From assembly GCF_009914755.1 (NCBI RefSeq), contig NC_060942.1: a stretch of DNA of 64,000 nt; one strand, written 5' to 3'. The DNA comes from the human T2T-CHM13v2.0 reference genome, Homo sapiens. The notes beneath the pieces are model-generated. The model ran no database searches. It worked only from the letters and a program-made list of their open reading frames with translations, and was not told the DNA's origin. The translations under genes and the position numbers were made by a program. This document shows, in pieces, positions 13,801-28,938 of the stretch (position 1 is the stretch's first letter; every line of letters begins with the position of its first letter).

Positions 13801-14444
13801 AAGGTATGTTGCCTCTCATGAGCTAAACACATCAGGCTCTTTAAACATTATCTTACCTTACAGTTATACAATGAGCATTTGAACATGACAAATGAATAAA
13901 AAGCCCTAACATGAAAAGATGATGCTGTTTATGCTCCCATCTTCCTCAAAGTAGTGCTTCCTAAATTGTGTAAGTTCTTCACCTACTTAGCATTCAATAC
14001 ATTTGGGGCCTTAGTGAGTGTTAAATTGATGCTTCTGCTGCTGACACTGCTCTAAGCCTTGCAGTATAATGAGGCCCTCAGAAGAAAAGAAACCACTTAT
14101 TTTATTAGTCAACTCAAAACATCTTTCCCTCTATTTTACAGATAAATCGAATCAGCATAAATGCTCAAGACTATACAATTTCCAGAAATTTAAGATTTTA
14201 AGTATCTTTTTAGAAGAGAATAGTTTGCATTGACTAATATTTAATTTTGAAATTTCCCCTTCTCTCCTGGGTTTTTTGATTTTAAATAAGAAAAAAAACT
14301 TAACAAAGGTCGTGTTTTAAAGTATTATTTTTTATCTTCCTATCTATTTTCACAAAGTTATTCAGTGAGCTTCACCTTTCATTTTTTATCTGCTCCATCC
14401 CAGAACCAATATCTTCCTCAGGGAGCCATCCTGGTGGCTTGACC

Positions 14445-14640
14445 CCCATGTGACCTAGGTTTCAGTCCCACCTCTGACTCTTCGTAACTATGAAACCTGA
14501 AGCAAATTAAGTACCACCTTCTCTGAAATTCAGTTTCCTCATTTATAAAGAATTAATAATTTCTCCCTTGCAGACTTGTTGTGAAAATTAGTGGCAACAT
14601 ACATGAAGGATTTGATCCAGAATGTATACTCAGTAGACAG
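14445..14640 (+). mobile_element. MIR
   Basis: MIR core ctctgaaattcagtttcctcatttataaa..gttgtgaaaatta. Confidence 0.7.
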
Positions 14641-15840
14641 CATTTGTTCTATCTCAGTATGTCTTAAGAAAAAGAAGATGCATTTTGTCTTTAAATGCAA
14701 ATGGTCTAACTAGAAGTTTTACCATAAACTAAGTATCCCAAAGTTTGAAAAAAAAATCAAGAGATAATTCCTGGAGTCAAGCCTCTCTACTCCAAGTCAT
14801 GAAAATGAGTTCAACATCTCAAGAATGAGATTTGTTAAATTGATCGTTTGGGATGAAATCAAGCAAAGAGAATACTAGGCAAACTTTTAAGATTTCTTCC
14901 TAAATACAGATCTCTAATTATAATTATTGAGCAGATTCTTTGCTTCCCTTGTCCATATTGACAACCACATCATTAAAATTTTTTCAAACCCTTGATATTC
15001 AAATATAAATGTCTGGCATTCTCTTTTTAGAACGATTTTACTGTACTGAAAACAGCTTCAGTTTTTCTGTGAACAATTAAGCTATTCTGAGGACTCCTGG
15101 GTAATTAATTAGCTTTCTCCAAACTATTAATTAAGAAGATGTTTAAGATATATCAAAGACCATTATAAGAGGCCTACCTTGAAATATCCAACTTTTCTAA
15201 GTTTAGTCTTGCTTTAAAGTGTCTTAAAAATGAATCTGTTATAAAGGAAACATTCTGGTCTCTGACATTTCCCACTCAATCAGCATGAGGCTAATGACAC
15301 TTATAGGCCTGAATTCAAGACAGAAAAATTGTGTCTTCCCACATGCTAAGAACAATGCCCAGTAAGTGAGTCTTTTTTCCCTAAGCAGTCATACGCTTAC
15401 GTCCCGTGCTTTCTGTTGCATTACTAGTAATCAATCATCCTGTAAGGCCAGTAGGATCAAAGATCCATGGATGTATTTTAATCCTCCTCCAAAAACTCTC
15501 CACACTCCTGCCCCACATACATGAAAATGCTCAGTATCTCCTTGTACATGCAAGAAAAAAAAAAGTCCTGTTCAACGCTTACAACAAAAAGAAACATGAA
15601 GAAACAGCATTCATGCCTCACTCACATTTTATAAAAGGTAGAGATGCTGTGTCTGCTGCGTTTCATTGTTTTTTTTTTCGGGGTGTGTGTGTGTGTTCGT
15701 GTGTGGTGGTGGTGTTGTTTTTAAAGTGAATGTATAAACACCAATCCTCAAAGGTAGCCTTAAAAAATGCCTGAATAAACACCTGTAGTTTCAGAAGGCA
15801 TTGCCTAATATAAATTTTGATTTAGATTTAGTTTTACTAA

Positions 15841-16316
15841 TGTGAAAGAAAAATATATCTTGGGGCCCCCAAATCACTAAGCTGAAGGGCAAAGTCAAGC
15901 TGGGAACTGCTTAGGGCCAACCTGCCTCCCATTCTATTCAAAGTCACCCTTCTGCTCACTGAGATCTATGCATATCTGATTAGCTCCTTTGGAGAGGCTA
16001 ATCAGAAACTCAGAAGAATGCAGCCATTTGTCTCTTATCTGCCTGTGACCTAGAAGCTCACTACCAGCTTGCTTCAAGCCTTCCCACCTTTGTTTCTAGT
16101 TGTCCCGCCTTTCCAGACCGAACCAGTGTTCACTTTGCATATATTGACTGATATCTCATGTCTTCCTAAAATGTATAAAACCGAACTGTGCTCTGACCAC
16201 CTTGGGCACATGTCGTCAGGACCTCCTGAGGCTGTATCACAGTTGCATGTCCTCAACCTTGGCAAAACAAACTTCCTAAATTAACTGAGACCTGTCTCAG
16301 ATTTTCTGGGTTCACA
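15841..16316 (+). mobile_element. MER4A1-like solo LTR (ERV1)
   Basis: tgtgaaag..atcactaagctgaagggcaaagtcaagctgggaactgcttagggc...gggttcaca. Perfect 4-bp TSD CTAA. Confidence 0.9.
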
Positions 16317-16399
16317 CTAAGCACTCTCAATTGTAAAATTATCTGAATATAAACATAATATTAAATTTTCAAAATATTAAATCTTTGACAAAACAGTTG

Positions 16400-16915
16400 T
16401 TTCTAACAATTTATACTAAGAAATTAATCCAAAGGGATCTAAATATATAAAGACACAATGTTCATTATCATGTAAGGAATAAAATTGAAAACTCAGGTAT
16501 AGCATATTTATAGAATATTTGAATACATATATATATAAAACCTTTGATATGATGGCATATTATATAGCAATAAAAATTTTTAAATACAGTTTCCAAAAAA
16601 ATTAATGATATAAGGAAATGTTGATAAGTGAAAATATGAATAAAAAATATTAGAGTATGGTTAAAATTAACTATATGTTTTATATGTATGTGTATTTGTA
16701 CTATGTACAATATGCAACACATACAGATAGTAGTTTATGTAGATAGATATATAGGTGTGTAGATACATAAGTATATATGAAAAACCAAAAAGATATATAC
16801 CAAAATATCTTAGTGGTTACTTCTAGATGGTGCAATTATAGAAAAAACTTAATGCTCTTTTTATGTCACCGTACGTTCCTTGTACTATACAATGAATACG
16901 TATATTTTTAATTAA
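16400..16915 (+). mobile_element. L1ME/MC-like 3' end
   Basis: AT-rich L1 3' UTR motifs (aaaagatatataccaaaat..gtggttacttctagatgg). Confidence 0.55.
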
Positions 16916-17019
16916 AAATGTTCTTTTGATTTAGAAAAAACCCAATGAGACACTGAAATCAAATCTTCAGTAGTACTTTTGACAGTGGCTTTAGTGGTTA
17001 TGACAAGATAGCTAGTTGC

Positions 17020-17720
<701 letters not shown>

Positions 17721-18844
17721 ACAGGCAGTGGTACCATCAACATTGGTCCCTGGCAACCTCAGCAATTATATTAATGGGCAGCAACAGCAGTAAAAAAAAA
17801 AAAAAAAAGAAAATTATTAAACTTTAGAATAATAGTTTTCATATTTGACCAAAGAGAACCAGAGCAGAAAGGAAAAAAATATATATCATGGTAGCAAGTC
17901 CTGGAGCAATTTCTGAAAAATTTGAATGAGACTGGCATTCTCACATAAGGTGGCTAAACCTTTGTTAATAATGTTCTTGCCACAGCTTAATCTTTAAAAG
18001 GCATGATTTGCTCCATCAATTTATTCTTCCTGAGAGACAAATAAAAATCCCTAAGGATTCTTTTTCTTCAAGCTTTTGATGTAGCTGTAATATAAAACTA
18101 ATAATTTTTGTGACATGATCATTTCTTGCAGGGCCCAATCTCTCATTTTCAAGCTATACTATTTCATGTCTAATTACTATAGTACAGCATTTGTAATTAC
18201 TAAAATTTTACCAAGATCTAATGAAATTTCAGAAGTGAAAGTCATACTAAATTAAGCTAATTTTATGACTACTTGCTCAGGCAATTTGGGTTGCATTTGT
18301 CTAATAGTTTGAGTCTAGAGTTTTTAGAACACAATGCAACACTTTTAGTATTTTATTCTAAGGGATTGTACAGTTCAGCATTTCCATTCTATTAATCTAC
18401 AGCCCTTGGCTCCAACAATACCATATTTACCAGGTTCAATACCAGGGTTTCCATCTCATTTTTATGATATGAATTTTGGTTCACCTTCCATAGCTGTACT
18501 TCTTCATTGAATCCCTTTCTATAGGTGGTTGCATTTTGACAATTTGCCCCTCCTGGAAATTGGACCTCTTTATACTCCAGTGACTACATGGCATTCTCCC
18601 CAAAACTGGGACAGTGGCTCTAACTTACCTCTCTATCTCTGCTACTTTCTGCTATAACAGCCAGCTCAGCCAAAACATGAGTTCACCACAGGCCTTAGAA
18701 TATTACATTTAAACTACTCCCTGCCACCCCTAGAGATAGTTTCTCTTAACCATGGCTAAGACTCTAACTTTTCTTGCAGACAAGCTTATCCAAGAAACAA
18801 TCACCACGTTAACCACTTTTTCCTTCATTGACTTTGTGAATCAT

Positions 18845-19150
18845 TCACAGTAAGAAAATTACGTATTGGCAATAAATGATACCAAAATCTAAATGGCTTA
18901 ATCTTTTCAAAACAGCAGTACTCCATGTGTTGGCTCAGCCTCATCAACAATTGATTCTGCAATGACCTTGGCAGGGAGAGAAAGAGATGGGAGAATAATG
19001 GGAGTCACGTACCAGCTCTTAAATATTTCATTAACCAAAAGTAAGTCGCATGGCCATGCTTAACTTCAAGGGGCAGGGAGCTTTAATCCTCCAGTGCAAC
19101 CAGAATGAGAGGAGAACCAAATATTAATGAACAGTGCTAATGTCTACCAC
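18845..19150 (-). mobile_element. Old MLT1 fragment
   Basis: gtaagtcgcatggccatgcttaacttcaaggggcaggga is a reverse MLT1-type motif. Confidence 0.5.
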
Positions 19151-19271
19151 ACCTTGCTTATTATAATATTTACATGATTAATGTCCATTATTATAATATC
19201 ATCATAACATCATTTTTTAAAAACAAAATATTAAATAATTACTAACACGTTTTGAGCATAAAACATTCACA

Positions 19272-19573
<302 letters not shown>

Positions 19574-22500
19574 AAAACATTTACAGAAGACAGAATTGAG
19601 GCCTAGAGAATGTTAGGAACTTGCCCCAGGTCACACAGCTGGCAATTGATAGATCCAGAATTTTACCCAAATCTTTATGAATCTGAAGACTTTTTGAAAT
19701 TAATATGACTAAAGATTTATGACCCATAAATCTGAAAGAAATTGTGTGTCCACCTTCAAAATCCTGGTAGACATGCCTCTGAGTGCATAACTTCTAGGAG
19801 AGGTCTTGGTGCATTGCCTAAAGGGAGCCAGGCTGGGCCAATATAAATCAGTAGATTCAAATCTAGGTTCAAAGACTGATTGAGAGGATGAGGTGAGTTG
19901 TACCACGCATATAAAAACATTTGATCAGTCTACAGGGACATATGGGAGCCAAGCAGAGCACAGAGAAAGAAGTCAACTATAATGTGTAGAAGGTAATAGC
20001 TGAGGTGCCCACAAACAAGGTTTTAGTCCACTTTAGCAGTGACAATCATTTTGTGGCTTTTTGCTACTCTCTATCCCAGACAAAGACTTAATTATGAGCA
20101 TTGGTTATCAATAAATCTAGAAATCAATTATATAATGTGATCTTTCATTCAATATGGGTACTGGGTAGAAGCCTCAAATAAAAACGAAATTAGAGAGGAA
20201 GATGCCATGCATGAGTGATATATGCATAGCATATTCTAGAGTAGTAAGGACTTCAAGAAGAAAGGGTTTCAGAGTTTTCCACCCTGAAAGGAAATGAAGT
20301 GTGAGCATAAACTGTGAACTCCAAGAGTAGATCAAGGAGACTGGCAAGAGACTGAATTAAGCTGCCCAGAGGCAAAGAGATGACAGATCATAAGAGGTGG
20401 AAAGAGACAACAGGGTTGGGATTTGGAGGTCAGCTCCACAGAGTGATCTTCTGCATTACTCATGATTTAATCCCATAAGAATAAGCCATGGTGAGACTCA
20501 GTCATGATGCAAAGATTATTACCATTCAAATATTTGTTGATGCTTTGAAACTGTTGACTCTTTTTAAAAAAAAAAAATTTTTAGCATATTTGCATGTTAA
20601 GAGAATTGAGCTGTTTGGCTGTTTACAGTTGTTGTAGTTACCACCAAACTTGGTACTGCCAAAGTCCTTTGTCCGTAAAACACATGACTTTGATTCTTTT
20701 CAAAAGCCACGGGGTGGAAATTCCAGGGCAGTGAGAGAAAGAAATAACCAAAAGTTTTCTCAGTCCCTTTTTGTCCTGCCAAAGAAAATGTTAAGCAATA
20801 TCCAGATAATACCTATCCTGCCTCCAGGTATTTACTTGAACATGGTTATCTTTAATTGCACAAACAATAGCCAGAATTGTTCACGCCATCTCTTGGAGGA
20901 AGATGATGCACATATATCCACAAAACATAGCTCAAAACATCAGGGAGCACTAAGTGTATGCTCCTAGAGTGTTCTGATCTTATTATTTTCTCTGGATGGA
21001 AGTTTGAGGCCTCTGGTGAAATCTGATTATAATATTAATTTGTCTAAGATGCAAAGGGACAAATCCCCCTGCCCCTGCCAATCTACCTACAGACACCAGA
21101 AGTAATAAGAGTTTACAAGTAGAATTTGTAAAGTAGAAGATACTTTTCTACAGAAATTATACAAGATAGAAAACAAACAAACAAAAAATGATAGCTGAAA
21201 GGAATGAAAGAAAAAAATTTAGCCTAGAGTTCTATACCCAGCAAAATATTTTTCAAAAACTGAAGGTTTACAAAAAGACTTACAGACCAACAAAAGCTTA
21301 AACCTGCGATGAAAGAAACTTTAAAGGAATTTCTTCAAGCAGAGGCATAACGCGAGGTAGAAATTTGAATCTACACAAAAACATGAAGAGTGTCACAATA
21401 ATAAAAGTGAGAATGAACATAGAAGATATTTTTTCTTATTTTCTGACCTTTGTTATAGTTGGCAATTGAAAGCAAAAAAAATGAGTGCACTTTAGGGTTA
21501 ACAACATTTGCAGAAGTAAACTATATGACATTTATAGTTAGTTCAAAGGATGGGAAGAAGAAAATGGAAATATACAGCTGTACTGTTTTCTACGCTAACT
21601 GTGACATAGTATAATATTATTTGAAGGTAGACTGTTGTATGTTGAAGACATATATCAAACCCCTAGAGCAACCATTAAATAAAATAAAAAGGAAGGATAA
21701 CTAATAAGCCAATAGTAGAGCTAAATTGGAATTATAGAAATTCCTCAATTAATTCAGACTGCAAGAAAAAAGAAAAAGAAAAGAAAGATGAGGTAGGAAA
21801 AATAGAACAGTAATTGTAGATTATTAATTTAAATCTAACCACATCAATAATTGCATTAAGTGTAAGTGGTCTAAATTCTAAAATTAAGGCGGAGGTTAAC
21901 AGACTGGAGTACAAGAACTCCTCCTCAAATTGAAAGATATGGATTGGTTAAAAGCCAAAGGGTGGAAAAATATACAGCATATAAATACTAATCAACAAAA
22001 ATCTTAAGTAACTTAATTAGTATTAGATACAGTAGACTTCAGAACAAGAAATATTCTCAGGGATTGAAAAAGATCACAGCATTAGAATTCATCAAGAAAA
22101 ATTAAAATTCTAAATGTGCATTCACCTAGTGAAGGAGCTTAAAAACACATAAGACAAAAAGTGAGAGAACTGAAAGTAGAAATACACAAATCCACAAATA
22201 TAAATGGAAATTTTAATACTCCTCTCTCAGTACATGATAGAATGAATAGAAATTTAAAAATCAGTAAAAACATAGAAATTCTGAACAATATTATCATCCC
22301 ATTTTACCTAACAATCTACCAATCAACAGCAGGATATACATTATTTGCAAGTGCACATGTATCAATGTTAACCATATTGTGAGTCATAAAACATGATTCT
22401 ACAAAATTTTTAAGTCACACAAAATATATTCACTGAACACAATAGAAGAAGCTAGAACTCAATAAGAGAATAATATCTCAAAAATCCCCAAATGTTTGGA

Positions 22501-23164
22501 AACATCATATTTTCAACTAATTCATGAGTCAAAGAAAAAAATGGCAAGGAAAATGTGAAATGTTTTTAAAGGATTTGAAGTGAAATCACAACATATGAAG
22601 ATATAATGAATGAAACTAAGACAGTCCTTAGGAAGAAATGATCATATTAGAAAAAAAAAAACATAAGTTTTCAAATTAATGATCTAAGCTTCCATCCTAA
22701 GAAACTGGAAAAAGAAGAACAAATTAAATCTAAAGCAAAGAGAAGAAAGGAAATAATAAATAAAAATAAATCAGAAATCACTTAAATAGATGACAGAAGA
22801 TCATGAAGAATCTCAAAGCAAACAGAAGCTGATTTTTAGAATTCTTTGATATCAACAGAATTGATAGACCTCTAGCACAAGTGTTATGAAAAAGAGATTA
22901 TCAATATTGGAAGCAGAAAAGTAAATAACACTGTTGATAAAACAGATATTGAAAGGATAATAAGGACACTTTACTAATAACTTTATGCCAATAAATTTGA
23001 TAAATTAAATTATGTGGACTAATTCACTGAAAGATATAAACTACCAAAGCTCAAAAAAGAAACACATTACTTATTCCTATGTTTGTTAAAGAAATTTAAT
23101 TTATGGTTTAAATCTTTCCCACAAAGAAAACCAAGATGGCTTTACCAGTGAATTCTACTAAGCA

Positions 23165-23205
23165 AGAAAGAAAAGAGGAAAGAAAAAGAGAAAGAAAGAA
23201 GAAAA

Positions 23206-23250
<45 letters not shown>

Positions 23251-23406
23251 AAAAAGAAAGAAAGAAAGAAAAAAAGAAAAGAAAAAAGGAAAGAAAAGAA
23301 AAAAGAAAAGAGAGAGGGAGGGACAGAAGGAGGGAGGGAGAAGAAAAGAAAAGAGAAAAGAAAAGAAAAGAGGGAGGGAGGGAGGGAAGGAAGGAAGGAA
23401 GGAAAT
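23165..23406 (+). repeat. Polypurine tract (GAAA)n/(GAAAA)n/(GGAG)n/(GGAA)n
   Basis: About 240 bp of A/G with a single C. Confidence 0.97.
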
Positions 23407-24358
23407 CTGCAGATCATCCCTCATGAAAATAAGTGCAAATATCTCAACCAATTAACAAATCTAATCCAAAAGTGTACAAGAAGGCTAATATATCATGACC
23501 AGATTGTTTTTTCCCAGGATTCAAGGTTGGTTCCACATTCAAAAATCTATTAATGTGGTACATTATGTCAACAGAATAAAAAAAAGAAAACTCTATGATG
23601 ACTTAAGCAGATGCAGTAAAAGCTTTTGAAAAAATACAACACCCATTCACAATAAAATCTCTCAACAAACTACAAATACAAGGGAACAGCTTTGACCTGA
23701 TAAGAACATCTTTGAAAACACTGTAGTTAACATAACACTTACTGATGTAAGTCTGAATATTCCTCTCCTCATCCCCCTACCACCAAAATCAAGAATAAGA
23801 CAAGAATATCTGCTCCAACCATTTCTGTTCAACATAAGAGTAAAGGCCCTAGCCAATATAGTAAGAAAAGAAAGATAAATAAAAGACATACAAATTGGAA
23901 AGGGTGAAATAAAATAATCTTTATTCACAGACAATATTGTCTACTTGCTAAGAAAAAATATAATATGTAGCAACAAATAATTTGATGTTGAAAAATAAAA
24001 CTATTATAATAGCTTCAAAAAAAGAAATAATTAGGTATAAGTATATAAAAATAGGCATAATAGCTATATTATCAAAACTACAAAACACTGATAAAAGATA
24101 TCAAAACAGGTCTGAATAAACAGTGAGAAATACCATGTTAATGGAGTGGTAGACTCAATATAATTAAGATGTCAATTCTCCCTAACGTATCTAGAGATAA
24201 AATACAATTCTAATCCAAATCTGAGTAAAATTTTTTAAGAAACTTAAAAGCTAATTGTAAAATGTCTACGAAAAGGCAAAAGAGCTGAAAGAGCTAAACA
24301 GTTTTGAAAAAGAAAACAAAGTTGGAGGAGTCACACTAATTGTTTTTAAAATGAAGTA

Positions 24359-24574
24359 CAGTAAGACCTCACTTAACACCATCAATGGGTTCTTGAAAAC
24401 TGAGACTTTAAGTGAGATGATGTACAGGAGGTCCTCAAGTAAGATTGTTTCATTCTACATTGTTTTGTTTTAATGTTGATGTGGGAAAAAATTAGTTTTA
24501 TTATAATACATATTGTTTCACTTAAAGTTGTTGTTTCCAACAACCTATTGATGACCTTAGCTGAGGACTTACTG
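24359..24574. mobile_element. Tigger-family MITE (MER6B-like)
   Basis: Long terminal inverted repeats cagtaag(a/t)cctca..., with TA at the left flank. Confidence 0.75.
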
Positions 24575-24677
24575 TTTCAAGAAGTCATCAAAAGCAATAT
24601 GGTATTGGAAAAATGATAGACATATATATCAATTCTATAGAAGAGAGAGTCCAGCAATAGATATCACATTCACCCAC

Positions 24678-25085
24678 TGTGTTAGTCTGTTTGCTATATA
24701 TACCTGACACTAGTTAATTTATAAAGAAAAGAGGTTTATTTTGGCTCACAGTTCTACAGGCTGTACAGGAAGCATGGGGCTGACATCTGCTTCTGGTGAG
24801 GTCCTCAGGAAGTTTACAATCACGGCAAAAGGCAAAGGGAGAGCCAGTGTATCACATGGTGGGAGGGAGCAAGAGAGAGAAGGGAAAGGTCCCAGACTGT
24901 TTAAGTAACCAGATCTTGCATGAACTAACTAAGCAATAATTCACTCATCACCAAGGAGATGACACTAAGCCATTCACAAGGGATCTGTCACCATGATCCA
25001 ATACCTCCCACTAGGCCTACCTCCAACTTTGGAGGTCACATTTCAATATGAGATTTAGAAGAAACAAAACAACCAAACCACATCA
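24678..25085 (-). mobile_element. MSTA-like LTR (MaLR)
   Basis: tgtgttagtctgtttg..aaagaaaagaggtttattttggctcacagttct..ccaaaccacatca. Confidence 0.88.
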
Positions 25086-25314
25086 TTCTGCCTCTGGCCC
25101 TCCAAATGTCATGTTCTTCTCATATTGCAAAATAAAATCATCTCTTCCCAATAGTACTCAGGAGTTTTAACTCATTCCAAGGTCACTTAAAAGTCCAAAG
25201 TCCAAATTCTCATCTAAGATTCAAGGCACGTTCCTTCCAACTATGAGCCTGTAAAATCAAAAACAATCTATTTACTTCCAGGACACAATGGTGGTACAGG
25301 CAATAGGTAAATAC
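25086..25314 (-). mobile_element. MST internal sequence, truncated
   Basis: MaLR-int follows the LTR directly (ttctgcctctggccctccaaat..ctatgagcctgtaaaatcaaaaacaa) and ends abruptly. Confidence 0.8.
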
Positions 25315-25319
25315 CGGCC

Positions 25320-26765
25320 TTTCTTCCTATCTCACAAACTACTTGCTCCATCTTCTTTGCTGATTCTATTATCAACCTCTTAATATTGAAGTTCCCCAGG
25401 ACTCCATCCTGGGTCTTCTTATTGACAATTTTTTTAACGATCTCAAGTTATCTCATGTTTTAAACATCATCTACAGGCTTCTGATTCTCAAATTTATATC
25501 TCAATCTGGGTGTCTCCTAAACTTTAGAATTCTATATTTATTGCCTTATTCAACATCTCCACTTGGTTGACTAATACACGTCTTAAAATTAGCATCTCCA
25601 AAGACAAACTACTGGTCCTGTCTCCAAAACCTGCATTCTAGGGGCGCCTCCATTTCAGTCTATTGAAGTCCCTCCCTTCAATTGACTGAAGGCCAATCAA
25701 TTCAGAACAGTCCCTTATTCCTCACTCTCACAATCCTCTCCAATCTATCAGCTTGTTCTATTGTTTCTACCTTGAAAATACAATATCCACAATCCAACCT
25801 CTTCTCACAATTTGTGTTGCTACTACCTACCAAAGCCATCGTCATATAAGGGATTTCTCCTTTTTTCTCTCTTGCTCCAACCCTGCCAATATATTCCCCA
25901 CACAGAGCTAGGAAGATCTTATTAAAACAATTCAGAGCACTTGCTTCTTATGCTCTTCCAATAACTTTTCATCTCACACAGAGAAAAAGGCAAGGTCCTT
26001 AAAATGACCTTCCATTTCCTTAGCAGGTCAGTCCACTCTCTCTTTATTAATACTGTGTGCTTCCTCTTGCTGCTGTGGTCTCTCTAGCTGATGGCTGTTC
26101 TAGAGCCATCCCTCCCCAGGGCCCTTTTGTTTCAGTTCCCCATGCATAGAATACTCTCTTCAATGATATAGTGCTCACTCTCTCAAATCTTCAAGTCTGT
26201 TCAAATATTATCTTTTCAGCAAAGCTTTCCCAGGCCCTATAACACCCCATAATACTTCCCACTTCCATGTTCTCTTTTTTTATGCTCATAATACTTAATA
26301 AACTATATTCTTATTTATCAATACATATTCATATAATACACTCACATGTACAAATACATGCACATATATATTTTTCTTTTAATGATTTGTCTCACCTCAG
26401 TACTATTGTGTACAATCTATGTGGACAGTGATAATTTACCTATTTATTTACTGTATATATTTCTGTATTATCTATTTATTTACCATATTTCATATATTTC
26501 TGTATTATCTATTTACTGTATTTTCTATATTTCTGTATTATCTATTTATTTACTGTATATTTTCTTATATACTATTATTTCTACTGTATATCTCTAATAC
26601 AGTAAATAAATGAAATTATTTACTTACTATATTTATTTATTTACTGTATATTTCAAGGATTATTTTACTGTATATTTCTATATTTATCTATTTATTTACT
26701 GTATATTTCAGCCATCAGAAAAGCGACTGGTTGAGAATAAATATATAAGAAATAAATAACTGAAA
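25320..26765 (+). mobile_element. L2 3' region
   Basis: L2 motifs (gattctcaaatttatatctc, acatctccacttggttgactaat) and a terminal aataaataactgaa. Confidence 0.75.
26440..26710. repeat. AT-rich degenerate minisatellite, core tatttatttactgtatatttc
   Basis: About 8 imperfect copies, one of them inverted (26597-26611). Confidence 0.85.
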
Positions 26766-28938
26766 GACTCCAACACTTTTTTCCTGCAAGATCTGAAAAC
26801 ATTCATAGATACACCAAATGAACTAGCAATCCTAGTCTTCTATTTAATAAGTATGTAAGGAACATCTGAGATTTAAAACTTCAGTTTGTTTCCACAATGC
26901 AAATGTGTGATTGATTTCCCCCTCACTTTTTTTTCACAGAAGTTTCTAATTCTATGAAACTTTTTTCATATATAACACCATGCATACAAATTTGACCGAA
27001 CCAATGGCGAATTTTCTTCAACAATTTTTGGCTGCACTAAATTTATACTAAGTCTGAAAAGAAAGAATATCCTTCGAATGACTGAGAAAGTCTTATAGGT
27101 TCATTATCCTTTATTTTGGAGAGGTTATGTTAAAAAGAGGATGACATTTGAAAGAAAAGCACATAATATAATATCAAAGTGAAATATGGGAAACTACTCA
27201 TTCGTAGCATGTTACAGATTTATCAATAATTTACAATTGTATTTCTTCATCTTATTGTACTTCTCTTAATGAAACTAATTCTCTTTATCTCTATTTTTAT
27301 GAGTTATCATTAATATCAATGGACTCAAATTGCGATTTAAATCTACAGTTTAAAAAATCATATAATGAAACTGAGGAGGATTTATGCTTATAAGACAGTT
27401 TTACAAGTTTTCCCATTCCCAAAAGAATTGAGTGGAATCTGTAATGGGTAAAGAGATCTTATTAATTTTGTCAGATTTTTTTCTTGTCAACAGGAATAAT
27501 GTAAAAATGATTTTTTATGGTTGAAGTTACCAACCAAAACTTATTAAAAAGTGGCTCATGTGTGAGAGTGAGCCATCTAAATTAGGTCAGGTCAAAATGA
27601 TACATCCAGTTATCTCATCCTGACTTCTGGACTTGCAGCATAATAATTCATGGAAACATTCTAAATGTGCGCTCATAAGGATGATCTCGAAATTCAGAAC
27701 AGCATCTTAAAGTACAAGAGGTGGAAGAGAATAAATTGGAACTCAGGATGGGTAAAAAATATATTTGTAAACCCTAAAAAAGCTTTCTATTTTAACTTAC
27801 TTCTAAAGAAGAAAGGATTAAAAAGGTGTTTGTCTGTCAAATAACTGGTAGTTTTAAGCACAATTCAGCAAGGAAAAGTTCTTTTTAAAATTTATTTTAG
27901 TATCCTTTTTTATAAGTTCTTTTCAGCAAAGTGTTTTTCATGTTGTAGAATGTATTAGGTTTTCTAAATGTATTGTAATGAGAAAATTATAAGTTGTGTA
28001 CTATTATTAAAAGTTATTAACTATAGCAATCAATAAATAACATTTTAACATAAAGTTTAATCATGGAGTATTTATGTTCTCTCTGGCCCTAAATTTCTTC
28101 AATTTGCATAAATATAAATTACAATATGAAGACTACTGGCCAATTATCTCTAATGTTGAAGAGGAAAACAAAGCTCATAAACACATATTGGTTAAAACAT
28201 AATATAATGTCAGGAGGCCCCAAAAGGATTCATGATGGAAACTGGACTCGTTCCCTGCTCAGTACATATTAGGTATCTACGAGCCTAATGAGGAAGGTGA
28301 AAGGCTGGAGACTCTGAACGAGGTAAGATAGAGACAGTAAGATGTGTTAACAGAGGTGAGTAGGAAAGGCTCTATCCCAAAAATAAGTGACTGAATGATG
28401 TCAAAGCTCAACCAAGAAAGAAGAGCAATCTTTTGAAGGTGGCATTCTGACCTAAAATGTCAATCCTATTTTACGTCGTCCTACAATCTCCGTTCATTCC
28501 ATTTATTTAGGGACTTGTTACATGTCTAAAAGTTCTCTTTTAAAATCTGAAGCTTCTCATTAGGGCTACACATTAAATTTTGATCAACAAGTTCCAAAAA
28601 AAAAAAAAAAAAAAAAAGAATTCATGTACAGCTCTCTGAGGGAGAGCAGGACAAAGTGAGAGGGAGGTGCAGCTTCCATTCAGAGAAAGGTGCCTCCCAT
28701 CCCCGGCTCACCAGGTTTCCCAGGGATAACGTCCGCCTCAGCGGGTCACAGCAGCTTTGGGAAGCATTAGAGACCTGTATTCTTTTGTTCTATCCAGTAA
28801 GGACACTGAGACTCCAAGTCATCTGCCTGTTACTGAGCCTATCTTAGGTAGCTCAAATGCTTTCCTTAGTGACAATTTCTTCCCAGCCCAGACCGTGCAT
28901 CTATGGTTGGTGGTGTTACTGTCCTCGGTACCATTCTC

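Larger units (their letters stand above)
21130..24677 (+). mobile_element. Old L1 (L1MC/MD-like): ORF1 end, inter-ORF region and decayed ORF2
   Basis: Endonuclease-like ORF remnant at 22161-22382 (GNFNTPLS..DR) and ORF2 motifs (gatgcagtaaaagcttttga, ttattcacagac). Interrupted by a purine repeat and MER6. Confidence 0.8.

Noticed and set aside
23136-23451. K/E/R-rich and F/S/L-rich ORFs
   Set aside because: Translation of the purine simple repeat.
25631-25650. CTCF-like ctaggggcgcc
   Set aside because: Lacks the CCA start and one G of the core. Lies within L2.
28596-28617. Orphan A22 run as a polyA-only retro-insertion
   Set aside because: No convincing TSD.
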